Assembly (NCBI GenBank): GCA_041690355.1
Contig: JAWLHK010000005.1
Location: 62,001 to 126,000 of the forward strand
Source of the DNA: a bacterium
GTDB lineage: Bacteria; J088; JAWLBW01
Length of the DNA stretch: 64,000 bases
Direction: 5' to 3'
Shown: positions 1 through 8,468 of the stretch, in pieces
Layout of the letters: every line of letters starts with the position of its first letter
Numbering within the stretch: the first letter of the stretch is position 1
The notes under the pieces: generated by a model
Told to the model about the DNA's origin: nothing
The model's input: only the letters and a program-made list of their open reading frames with translations
Database searches by the model: none
Made by a program: the position numbers and the translations under genes

Positions 1-668
1 CCTTCTCTGTACGCGGGTTCCGGCAGGTCCCAGATGGCCACGTCAAACGCCTCGACCCGCGTCGACACAGAGGCCGAGTCACCGTATTCGTTCCAGGTCC
101 AGAGATGCCATACGCCTGCAAACGCCTCGTTCCACCGTTCGATGGCCGAAATGAAATCGAGCTGTCCGTTTTCGCCGACATAGGGATTGGGGAAGTAGAT
201 GCGCAGGCCGATGCGGTTGCCCGGAATCTCGAGTTCCCGTGGCCCGGCCAGCCGGAATCCGGCCTCGAGACCCGACCGGTCGTCCCAGAGCAGGCAGAAC
301 TCGCGCGGACCGATCTGGATATGTCTGAAGTCGACGGGACCCGTAGGTAACGGGAGAATGACGTTCAGCAGGGTGTCGGTGCGCACGCTGACCGGCTGCC
401 GCCAGTTTCGACCGAACTGCACGGAGTAGTCCCCCGGTGCGAGCGCGTCGATCCGGTACGAACCGTCTGCCCCCCAGGTCGTCGAGGTAACCGCGTCCTG
501 GTGCGCGTCGAAGACCGTGACCCGTTCGGCGCGCAGGGCATCAGGCTCCAGCGTCTGCACGAGCCCATGCAGCGTGAAGGTCGCTTTTCGTCCGGTGTCG
601 CCCGGGTTTCCGGCCGTCACGCCGCAACCGGCGACGAGTAGTGCAAGCCCGAGAAGAATGCGGCTCAT
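1..668 (-). CDS. Lipoprotein with carboxypeptidase-regulatory/prealbumin-like domain (partial, runs off left edge)
   Basis: Not in ORF track; manual translation from ATG at 668 gives MSRILLGLALLVAGC (lipobox) then ...WGADGSYRIDALAPGDYSVQF...; open to the window edge; TGATG overlap with the upstream gene stop. Confidence 0.75.
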   Translation of the reverse strand, partial: MSRILLGLALLVAGCGVTAGNPGDTGRKATFTLHGLVQTLEPDALRAERVTVFDAHQDAVTSTTWGADGSYRIDALAPGDYSVQFGRNWRQPVSVRTDTLLNVILPLPTGPVDFRHIQIGPREFCLLWDDRSGLEAGFRLAGPRELEIPGNRIGLRIYFPNPYVGENGQLDFISAIERWNEAFAGVWHLWTWNEYGDSASVSTRVEAFDVAIWDLPEPAYRE

Positions 669-1549
669 CACTTGCGTTTCCTTTCGGTTCTGGGACGCAG
701 CGCAGGCGCATCCTTGGGGCGCACGGTGGGAAACAGCTGCATGCCGACCTGGATGACCTGGTCGGGCTCGCGCTTGTCCGATTCGATGAGCTGCCAGACC
801 TCGGCCTCGTACTTGAGCGCAAGCTCGACCAGCCTGGGGAGCAGCTCGTTGGAAACCGCCGTCGTGAGCACGTGAAAGTGCCGCTGCGCAGCCGGAACCT
901 CATGCAGCGCATCGGCGGCTTTCTCGAGCGCCCGTTCATGGTAGGAAAAGAGATGGACGTTGCGTACATCGTCGCCGGAATGAACCTGCGGCTCGGCCTG
1001 TCGCCAGCTGCCGTCGCTCGCCACCGCGACCAATCCTGAACACTGCAGGGTCTCGAGCACGCCGCGGATCTCCGCGGGGGTCACGGGTTCGCCGATGCGT
1101 TCTGCAATCCAGCTTGGATCAGGCTTGAATTCGGGAAAGCGGATCATCTCGTACACCACCGGCGCCAGCCAGTGGCTGAAAAAGGAGAGCTGCGCCGCTT
1201 CCATCGGCCGCGTCTGCCGGCGGCCGGGGTGGCCCACGAGGCGTTGGTAGTAATGTACGCGGTCTGCCTGCGTTCCCGCCTGGTTGAGTAGGACCAGGTC
1301 TTCGAAACAGGCGGCTTCGTTCGCCGAGAGTTGAAGCCCCTCGCAGAATTTCCGGATGCTGTCGGGTGACAGGTTGCGCTTGCCCTGGATGACGAGCTGC
1401 AGAATATTGTGCGCCCGGAAACCCGCCCGCCGGGCGAACCCGCGTGCGGAAAATCGGCCCCGTTCCGCGCGCGCGGCGACCCAGTCGCGAAGGAACATGC
1501 GGTAGTCGTCATAGTCGTAGATGGAGGGGAGCTCAGGCTTCAAACTCAC
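668..1549 (-). CDS. TIGR02147-family protein (N-terminal HTH, DUF4423-like C-terminus)
   Basis: IYDYDDYRMFLRD...FSARGFARRAG...GKRNLS N-terminus, W...IAERI, YHERAL and QVGMQLFP C-terminal motifs typical of the family. Confidence 0.85.
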   Translation of the reverse strand: MSLKPELPSIYDYDDYRMFLRDWVAARAERGRFSARGFARRAGFRAHNILQLVIQGKRNLSPDSIRKFCEGLQLSANEAACFEDLVLLNQAGTQADRVHYYQRLVGHPGRRQTRPMEAAQLSFFSHWLAPVVYEMIRFPEFKPDPSWIAERIGEPVTPAEIRGVLETLQCSGLVAVASDGSWRQAEPQVHSGDDVRNVHLFSYHERALEKAADALHEVPAAQRHFHVLTTAVSNELLPRLVELALKYEAEVWQLIESDKREPDQVIQVGMQLFPTVRPKDAPALRPRTERKRK

Positions 1550-3351
1550 CTCTTGAGGCTGCCCATTGGGTCTAGCGCGGCCTCGAATTCGCCGTCGATG
1601 TAGGGAATAATCGACGAGAGCTGGCTCGAGACCTTGTAGGTGGCGTCATCGCTCATGTCAGAGATATTCCCACCGAGATAGCCCGGCAACGCATAAGAGT
1701 ACTGACAGTTCGCCGTAACCGTGGCGTATTCGGGACCGCCGTGCTGGAGATTTCCGGTCGACGCGTTACATGCATCGGCAGGCAGCCTGCAGTTGTTGGG
1801 ATTGTCCGAGAGATTTCCGGTCAGGAGATCCATTGCGTACGGATCGCCGTTTGCCCCGAGCCGGTCGCGCCCGATACCCGAGCCGCCATTCGGATGCGAC
1901 TTGGTAGCCGGAAAGTCCGGCCCATTCGGCGCGCCGGGCCGTAAGGGGTCCCGCGAGAAATACTGCAGAAGCGCAGGCGAGCCCTGATTTCCATCGACCG
2001 TATCGGAAACGTAGGCACCGTACATCGCTTCGCCGGCCGCGAATCCCGGAATCGATCCGTTGGCGAAGGGCCGCAAATGCGCTGGGGCCTCCCCCCAGCC
2101 CGTTTCGGTGGTTCCGAGGTTGTTGCTGCAATACGGTCCGTTTGAAAACGCCCATTTTGCCCGTCCCGAGTTTCTTTGTGCGGTCTTGAGCACGAGCGGA
2201 AGCGACTCGGTAACGCGTATGCGTTCGACCTGGAAACGGAGCCTGAGTTCCGATGGCGCCTCGAACCAGAGATAGGTATAGGCCTTTATGTAAGCGCTCA
2301 GGTCCTTGGCCGGGTCATAGTTCTCCGTGCTGTTCGGGATGTCAGTGATCATCGGGTCCACGGGTGGTTCAAACAGAACCTCGAACACGATCGGTCGCAG
2401 CGTGACCCAGACGTCCCATTTCGTATCGTCAAAGGGCGTGATTACCACGGTCCCGAACGCTGCCGGATCATGCGCCGGTAGCGTTACGGGCGGCTCATAG
2501 GAGTCAGGAAACGCCTGGGCCCGGGCCTGGGCCTCAGGCCCGTAATCGAAGAACTGCCGCCCGGGCTCGTGGTCGATGTCGGCGAAATACCCGTTCAGGC
2601 ACGCATCGCCCACCAGAGGGATCGCCAGACATCCCATATCGAGAACGGGGCCTATTCGAAGCCGCTCGAGAGGAACGTAACTCTCGTCGTGCGTCACGGC
2701 GTCGAAGTCGGCTCCTGACATCCGGGTGTACATCACGAGATTCATGAAATTCCGGAACCGGTCGTGCGTGGGCGCGGTTGCCGGTGCGAAGACATGGGTC
2801 AGAAGCAGTGACGTAAGATCATCTGATGACGTCCTTAAATCGAGGGGAGTCGTCACGGCAATGGTGTATTGGAAGGCATCGCTGCACTCGACGATCATGT
2901 ACCCCTCGGGGTCAAACGTGCATGGCATGTCGGCGCTGACCTGTACCTCTGCGCTCGCGCTTGCTCCCGCCCCATAGCCGTCGCGGGGGGTCACAACCAC
3001 CCGCCAATGTTCGGAGAGGGTCTGCGGAAGAAGGGGATCAATCGAAGGGTCTGTCTCGAGGACGGCAACCGCATCAGTCTGGCCGCCGGGAAAGTCCTGA
3101 CGCACTCCATCCCGGAACCAGGCATACGAGTAAACCACCGGATCGTTTTCTGCATCTGTCGCGCTGCTTACAAAGCGAACGGAAAGGTAGGCCTCGTAGG
3201 AGTTCCGCATCGTGACGTCGAGACCGACGTCCGGCGCGTACGGAGGGCTGTTCGTCACGTCGGCATCTCGCGGAGCCGGATCCGGCGTACTCGTACAGGC
3301 TGCGATCAGCACCGTGAACAGAAGGACTGCAAGTGATGTTCGATGAATCAT
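1546..3351 (-). CDS. Secreted lipoprotein, N-terminal Ig-like domain, unknown function
   Basis: 601 aa; lipobox LIAAC; TDAENDPVVYSYAWFRDG...WRVVVTPRDGY Ig-like signature; 4-nt overlap with the downstream gene. Confidence 0.75.
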   Translation of the reverse strand: MIHRTSLAVLLFTVLIAACTSTPDPAPRDADVTNSPPYAPDVGLDVTMRNSYEAYLSVRFVSSATDAENDPVVYSYAWFRDGVRQDFPGGQTDAVAVLETDPSIDPLLPQTLSEHWRVVVTPRDGYGAGASASAEVQVSADMPCTFDPEGYMIVECSDAFQYTIAVTTPLDLRTSSDDLTSLLLTHVFAPATAPTHDRFRNFMNLVMYTRMSGADFDAVTHDESYVPLERLRIGPVLDMGCLAIPLVGDACLNGYFADIDHEPGRQFFDYGPEAQARAQAFPDSYEPPVTLPAHDPAAFGTVVITPFDDTKWDVWVTLRPIVFEVLFEPPVDPMITDIPNSTENYDPAKDLSAYIKAYTYLWFEAPSELRLRFQVERIRVTESLPLVLKTAQRNSGRAKWAFSNGPYCSNNLGTTETGWGEAPAHLRPFANGSIPGFAAGEAMYGAYVSDTVDGNQGSPALLQYFSRDPLRPGAPNGPDFPATKSHPNGGSGIGRDRLGANGDPYAMDLLTGNLSDNPNNCRLPADACNASTGNLQHGGPEYATVTANCQYSYALPGYLGGNISDMSDDATYKVSSQLSSIIPYIDGEFEAALDPMGSLKR

Positions 3352-3382
3352 ATCCGGCCTCCCTGCGTTTTCCGTGCATGGC

Positions 3383-3485
3383 AGTATAGCAAGGCGCGAA
3401 CCGGCCGGTGACCACCGCAGGAACGCTCTCCCGGGTAGAGTGTAGACAATCGTTTACACTTTGTGCAATCGCCGCAATATTGCAC
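3383..3485 (-). promoter_or_regulatory. Putative extended -10 promoter plus two imperfect palindromes upstream of the lipoprotein/TIGR02147 operon
   Basis: Minus-strand TGcTATACT at ~3383-3391; AGTGTAGAC-aatc-GTTTACACT (3439-3460); GTGCAAT-N9-ATTGCAC (3463-3485). Confidence 0.4.
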
Positions 3486-3756
3486 CCCGCTGGGGTCGGA
3501 GCTTCGATCTCGGAGCATCCGGCACGCGAAGGACGACTCGCTCGCACCGTGCCGGCGCTCCCGAGCCCGGGGGGAAACGAATCCGCGCACTCCCTACCCG
3601 CGGCTGCCGCCGCGGCTCAGGGATGCGACCTCGCCGGAGTCGGCGCTTCGGGCTCTCCGCCTTCGCTCGGCTCTTGTCTGATCCCCCCAGTCCCCCACTC
3701 TCCCACTCCCCCCCTCCGAATGGACGCACTATCGACCATCATATTTCACGGCTGAC

Positions 3757-4536
3757 TCACCCCGGCCTCCCTACCAGGTACGGCAGCGGAACCGGCATCC
3801 CCTTGACCCGGATCCCCCCGATTTCCCACCGGTATCCCGGGGCATCGATCCCTTCCGTCAGCTTCCGCAGCTCATTCTGGTCATAGGTGCGCAGATGGGA
3901 AACGACACCGTCCCACCAGATGAGCAGCGGCAGCAGGGGAATGACGTAGGTGAAGAAGATCTGCGCAAACGAGAGCGGGCGGATGCGCAGCGTCATGAGG
4001 AAAACCGCCAGCAGAATGAACGGCGAGGTGAGCACCGTGGCCGGATGGCGCACGGTCGGCTCGAAGATGGCGATGGGCGCGCGCGCCCGGGCCGCATTCT
4101 CGAGCACCCTGCGCGCGAGCTCCGGCGGCAGGTGGTGGAAGACGGCCACCATCGTGCGCACGCCTTCAAGGTCGTCGGGAATGCGGGTCGCATCCACCGA
4201 TCGGCTCTCGTAACGGATGTGCGGATCCCCCTGCGCCGCGGCGCGCGTCTTGCCGATCTCGCTCGGATACAAATCGGTGAGCACCAGATCCAGCGTTCCC
4301 CCGCCGGCCGGCTGCAGGGTGCGGAAGATGCGGATCATCGGCCCCGTACTCCCCGACCCCATGTCGACGATGCGCGTGGCGCCCGTCTCGGCCATCAGGT
4401 CGCGCAGTTTCGCCGCAAAGGGAGCAAGATCGACCAGGCCGTACATGGCCTCGAGGTACGCGGTCATGGGGTCACGCAGGAACCGGGGGAACCACTTATG
4501 ATCCATGAATTCGAACAGCTGCAGGCGCGCCATCAA
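3757..4536 (-). CDS. Class I SAM-dependent methyltransferase-like protein
   Basis: IVDMGSGSTGP motif I, LTDLYP, VDAT, FHHL motifs; RLQLFEFMD N-terminus. Confidence 0.8.
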   Translation of the reverse strand: MMARLQLFEFMDHKWFPRFLRDPMTAYLEAMYGLVDLAPFAAKLRDLMAETGATRIVDMGSGSTGPMIRIFRTLQPAGGGTLDLVLTDLYPSEIGKTRAAAQGDPHIRYESRSVDATRIPDDLEGVRTMVAVFHHLPPELARRVLENAARARAPIAIFEPTVRHPATVLTSPFILLAVFLMTLRIRPLSFAQIFFTYVIPLLPLLIWWDGVVSHLRTYDQNELRKLTEGIDAPGYRWEIGGIRVKGMPVPLPYLVGRPG

Positions 4537-4560
4537 AGCCTCCCTTCGACCGGAAAAACG

Positions 4561-4590
4561 TTGAATTCAATCAATCGATTGATTTAGAAT
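4561..4590 (+). promoter_or_regulatory. tetR promoter (TTGAAT-N18-TAGAAT) with a perfect 16-bp palindromic operator
   Basis: AATCAATCGATTGATT (4569-4584) is self-complementary and lies between the -35 and -10 boxes in the divergent intergenic gap. Confidence 0.7.
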
Positions 4591-4598
4591 ATACCGGA

Positions 4599-5279
4599 AT
4601 GCAGCCGAAGTCACGAAAAAAATCGAAGCGCGCCGTTGCCGCCGACTCCGAAGCGGCCGCCCGCCTGCTCCAGGCCGCCCGGGCGCTGTTCGCCGCGAAG
4701 GGGTACGAGGCGGTGGGGATCCGCGAAATTGCCGCCGAGGCCGGGTGCAACCTGAGCCTCATCCAGTACTACTACGGCGGCAAGCAGGGGCTCTACCTTG
4801 CGATCTTCGAGGACAAGATCCGCACGGTGCGCGCCGCCCTCCCCCAGGCCTACGATCTGGATCCCGAGCCGCTCGGGCTGGATCGGGACGGATTCCGCGC
4901 GGTCTTCCAGGCACTGCTCACGGTGAACGTGCAGGCCTATGTCGACGACCCCGATTTCTTCCGCCTCGCGCAGCGGGAGCTCGTGGCCGGCGCGCCGCAG
5001 GGGAAGTCCATTCTCGAGGGGATGTTGACCGAGATGATGACGGGGCTGATCCGCCTCGTCGAGTACGGCAAGCGGCAGGGGTTCGTGCGCGCCGACCTGG
5101 ATCCGCTCGTGTTTCTGCTGCTCGTGAACCGGGGGGTCGACGGCTACCTCAATCACTGGGACATGTTCGGCGGCCCCCGCTCGACCCTCGGCCGGCGCAT
5201 GCTCAACCCCGCGCGGAATGCGGAGGCGCTGGTTCAGCAGATGGTCGCCGTGTTTCTGGATGGTGCGCTGACGCCTTAG
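4599..5279 (+). CDS. TetR/AcrR-family transcriptional regulator
   Basis: LLQAARALFAAKGYEAVGIREIAAEAGCNLSLIQYYYGGKQGLY HTH. Confidence 0.92.
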   Translation: MQPKSRKKSKRAVAADSEAAARLLQAARALFAAKGYEAVGIREIAAEAGCNLSLIQYYYGGKQGLYLAIFEDKIRTVRAALPQAYDLDPEPLGLDRDGFRAVFQALLTVNVQAYVDDPDFFRLAQRELVAGAPQGKSILEGMLTEMMTGLIRLVEYGKRQGFVRADLDPLVFLLLVNRGVDGYLNHWDMFGGPRSTLGRRMLNPARNAEALVQQMVAVFLDGALTP

Positions 5280-5442
5280 TAGACGCTGGGCGCTGGACGC
5301 TGGTCGCTTGGCGCTGGGGCCATCGTGCTCAGTTTCTCGTCCCTCATAATGGGACGGGTCCGGCACGGAAAACTCTGGCGCCCTGTAGCGTAACGCACCA
5401 CTGCCGTGGCAGGTTCACTTATGTTCCACGTACACTGCAGCC

Positions 5443-5820
5443 ATGGGACATGCCTTCGCCGATATCACACTGAGTTACCCGCGGCTTCCCGAACTGAAGC
5501 CGATCCAGGTTCGCGCGCTGGCGGATACCAGTTCTCTCATGCTCTGCCTGCCCGAGCATGTCGCCCTGAAACTGCAGCTCGAAAAAGAATCGGAACGCGA
5601 AGTGACCGTGGCCGATGGCCGGCGACAGAAGGTTCCCTACGTGGGGCCGCTCAAGGTCACCTTCGAGAATCTCTGCTGTGTGGGCGCGCTCGTCCTTGGC
5701 GATGAGGTACTGTTGGGCGCCGTTCCGATGGAAGACATGGACCTCGTGGTCCTTCCCGGTCGACGGGAAGTCATCGTCAATCCCGAATACCCCAATTTTC
5801 CGCACGCTCGCGTGAAGTGA
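5443..5820 (+). CDS. Clan AA (retropepsin-like) aspartic protease
   Basis: ALADTSS catalytic-type motif, VADGRR, LLGAVPMEDMDLVV. Confidence 0.85.
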   Translation: MGHAFADITLSYPRLPELKPIQVRALADTSSLMLCLPEHVALKLQLEKESEREVTVADGRRQKVPYVGPLKVTFENLCCVGALVLGDEVLLGAVPMEDMDLVVLPGRREVIVNPEYPNFPHARVK

Positions 5821-5844
5821 GCCTCTGGCGCGTTCCGCGCCCCG

Positions 5845-6159
5845 TCACGCAGCCGGCTTGACCTCGACCTTGAAGGCAAGCCCCGCCGCGCGGAGACTCT
5901 CTTCAATCGAAAGCCGGATCAGCAGGGCCGGCGGCACGTCGATCGCCTGGGCAATTTGATGCGCCTTTTCGGGACTGACCCCTTTGCGGCCCTTTTCGAT
6001 GTCGCAAAGGTTCGACGGCGAGATTCCGATCTGCTTCCCGAACTCCTTGAGGGTTAACGCCTCGGAATCCCGCCACGTTCGAAGAAACTCGCCGATCGAC
6101 AACTTACCAAGCCGCTTCTCCAGGCTGCGCACCCCAAACCTGCGCTTTTCAATAGTCAT
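5845..6159 (-). CDS. higA: XRE/HigA-type HTH antitoxin
   Basis: LTLKEFGKQIGISPSNLCDIEKGRKGVS HTH; directly downstream of and overlapping the RelE-like toxin. Confidence 0.7.
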   Translation of the reverse strand: MTIEKRRFGVRSLEKRLGKLSIGEFLRTWRDSEALTLKEFGKQIGISPSNLCDIEKGRKGVSPEKAHQIAQAIDVPPALLIRLSIEESLRAAGLAFKVEVKPAA

Positions 6160-6427
6160 GCTTACTTACCTCGATAACTTCGATCAGCTCAACATTTCCC
6201 TGCCGATCCTCTACATAGATAGCGCGATAGGCACGGTTCAACCGCACCGAGCGCTGCCCCCGACGCGTCCCCAGGAGTGGCTCATCATGAAACCCCTTGC
6301 GCTTCCTCACCTCGGCAAGTCCGCTCTCTTCGACGAGCGCCGCCCACAGCCGGAATTTGCGCAGAATGACTTCTGGAATCCGGTCGATCTGCTTCTGCAC
6401 TGACCTGTCCCAGGTGACTTTGTTCAC
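6149..6427 (-). CDS. higB: RelE/HigB-family mRNA interferase toxin
   Basis: 92 aa; HDEPLLGTRRGQRSVRLNRAYRAIY and C-terminal HDY; toxin-first gene order. Confidence 0.8.
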   Translation of the reverse strand: MNKVTWDRSVQKQIDRIPEVILRKFRLWAALVEESGLAEVRKRKGFHDEPLLGTRRGQRSVRLNRAYRAIYVEDRQGNVELIEVIEVSKHDY

Positions 6428-6440
6428 TTGACTTCCATCT

Positions 6441-6457
6441 TACTGCCTTCAGCAGTA
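6441..6457. promoter_or_regulatory. Probable TA autoregulatory operator
   Basis: TACTGC-N5-GCAGTA inverted repeat overlapping a minus-strand TAAGAT -10 box just upstream of the toxin start. Confidence 0.55.
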
Positions 6458-6556
6458 GCAACGCAATGAGCGAGAAGAAGCCCGGTCTTCATCGACAATC
6501 AGTGTGCACCGTCTTCGCCCCGCGGCATGGCTTTCATCGGCGCATCTCCGCGATTG

Positions 6557-6859
6557 GTACGCCAGCCCCGACTCTCATCGCGGAACTGCCCCGAGAACAT
6601 GAACCGGTCGTCCACATCGTTCACGAGGGGAACTGTGTCCGACCAGAAGGGATCATGCTCCACGTGGCGCACGATGGCGCCGCTTTCATCCGTGAGGAGA
6701 ATCGGCTCGCCGAGAATGCCGTTGTGGTACCAGTACACGGCTGTCGACCGCTGCTCCACAGGCGCCGCATGCGCCGGCGTGATCCAGAACTCGAGCACCC
6801 ACGCGGCGCCGCGAAGCGCATAGTTCATCGCCTCCCGCAATTCCGGATACTCGCGCGAA
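6557..6859 (-). pseudogene. Truncated RHS core fragment (paralog of 8950-9250)
   Basis: Encodes REYPELREAM...YWYHNGILGEPILLTDESG...FMFSGQFRDE; 1-nt deletion (actctcatcg vs actcgtcatcg) and loss of homology before the RHS cleavage motif. Confidence 0.85.
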
Positions 6860-7492
6860 CGGTCACCGGACGTCAGACGCCGGACGTCGGTGTCGGAACG
6901 AACCGAGGCATTCCCGGCACCATGTAGCGCGGGAGACCGCGACCGTTTACCCTGCGGAATCCAATACGCTCCAGGGCGTCTCCTGGGACGCTCAGGTCGG
7001 GGTTTGGGACTCTGGGCTTGGGAAGCCGGTATTGCCATTCGATAAATACCGTAGCAGACCGTTGAGCTGGCGTCCAACCCGATGCAGCGTCTCGCTCACT
7101 GCACGCCCGCTTTCCGGATCCATGAATTTCAAACGCTCGGCCAGCAGAAGCTGCGTCTCGACCTCGCAAAGCGAACCTCGGGAGACACGAAGATGGTAGA
7201 TGAACTCATTGTCGCTTCTTCGGCCGTGCCCCTCCGCGATATTCGACGGGACCGACACGGCAGCACGCTCGATCTGCTGACACAGTGAATAACGCTGCTC
7301 TTTCGGGAAGTTCTTCGACAGCCGATAGACCTCCTCCGCAAGATCCATTGCCCCCTGCCACACGTCCAGGTCCTTGAACGATTTTCCTCGCATACCCCCT
7401 CCTTTTCGAGCGAGTATATGCTCCCCCGCGGACAGCATTTGTCTGTGCCGACGTCCGACGTCCGACGTCCGAAGTCCGACGTCCTGTTACCG
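6860..7492 (-). mobile_element. Four-helix-bundle cassette copy 1, with ~31-bp imperfect terminal inverted repeats built of GGACGTC heptamers
   Basis: 6860-6890 matches the reverse complement of 7462-7492 at 26/31 nt; 6860-7429 is near-identical to 9508-10078; no transposase encoded, so mobility is inferred. Confidence 0.6.
6992..7393 (-). CDS. Four helix bundle protein (23S rRNA IVS protein/Avd-like family)
   Basis: FKDLDVWQ...FPKEQRYSLCQQIERAAVSVPSNIAEGHGR...EF..HL..SRGSLCEVETQL; AGGAGG RBS. Confidence 0.93.
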   Translation of the reverse strand: MRGKSFKDLDVWQGAMDLAEEVYRLSKNFPKEQRYSLCQQIERAAVSVPSNIAEGHGRRSDNEFIYHLRVSRGSLCEVETQLLLAERLKFMDPESGRAVSETLHRVGRQLNGLLRYLSNGNTGFPSPESQTPT

Positions 7493-8030
7493 GCGCACCC
7501 CTTCGGAACGCAGAATATCCAGGCGCGTTTTCATGGCTTCGATGCGTGCCGTGACCGTCGGGTCGGTCGTCGCCGCGGCCAGCGTGAGGGTTTCCGCGTT
7601 TCCGCCGCTGCCTCGCAGGCGGGCCAGCTCGCGGACGTCTTCGATGAGCCCCTGCCACGCCGCCTGGGCGATGGGGTTGCCGAGGTCGTTCGTGAGGGCG
7701 AGCACCGTGAAGGTCTCGTCGCCATCCGCATCCGCCGTCGAGAACGTGTCGAGCGGAACCGCCGGAAGCTCGACCCGCCCGGCCAGATCGAGGATTTCAT
7801 TCAGGAGCTGCAGATCTTCGAAGCTGAACAGCCCGAAGAACTGGGTCACAAACGGCTCGACCTGCTCGGTCGGAATGTCGCGCATGTCGGTCAGCAACTG
7901 ATCGACGGCGTCCTGCAGGCGTCGTATCCTCTGCCGCCGACGCCTTGACTTCGTCGAGGGTGAGCAGGCCGCTCGCGAGCGACACTAAAACCGACTCCGT
8001 ACCGCTGTAAGAATCGAGCAAGCGATGCCC
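7487..8030 (-). pseudogene. Frameshifted 3' remnant of an unknown gene
   Basis: Two coding-looking frames (LDSYSGTESVLVSLASGLLTLDEVK... and ...LQDAVDQLLTDMRDIP...) joined by a frameshift near 7920; no good start or RBS; stop codon lies inside the cassette inverted repeat. Confidence 0.55.
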
Positions 8031-8045
8031 TCGGCGACGCGACTA

Positions 8046-8465
8046 TCAACCCACGCGATGTCCTCTGAGTTGTCGCTTGCTGGACCACTCGATGCCTCCC
8101 GCAATCAGTAACCCGGATAGACAGAATACGGTATACATTCCAAAAGCTTGATATTCATTCGTGTACATCCCGGACACTCGTGCGTAGCCATCAATCACGG
8201 CATAGGCAACTGCCAACACAACGAGATAAGCTATTGACCAAGCAGACACTCTCCATCTGAGTCCAATGAAATTCGCTGCTGTCCTTCCGATCAGGCCGAA
8301 CACCAATCCCGCCAGGGTATAGATACCAAGGTACGCACTTCCGAACAGGGCGACCTCTCCAAGATCGTTATCCAGGAAGATCAATGAGCTTAGAATCGCC
8401 CCTCCAATAAACAAGTACGCACCGGCCAATGGTGCAAGACAAATCAGGACTGGGTCTGGCATCAT
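8046..8465 (-). CDS. Putative immunity protein (4-TM membrane protein)
   Basis: 139 aa, hydrophobic, low GC, starts 3 nt after the RHS toxin stop. Confidence 0.7.
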   Translation of the reverse strand: MMPDPVLICLAPLAGAYLFIGGAILSSLIFLDNDLGEVALFGSAYLGIYTLAGLVFGLIGRTAANFIGLRWRVSAWSIAYLVVLAVAYAVIDGYARVSGMYTNEYQAFGMYTVFCLSGLLIAGGIEWSSKRQLRGHRVG

Positions 8466-8468
8466 TTG

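Noticed and set aside
6860-7492. 23S rRNA intervening sequence or classical IS element
   Set aside because: Flanks are protein-coding, not rRNA; no transposase motif and no clear target-site duplication
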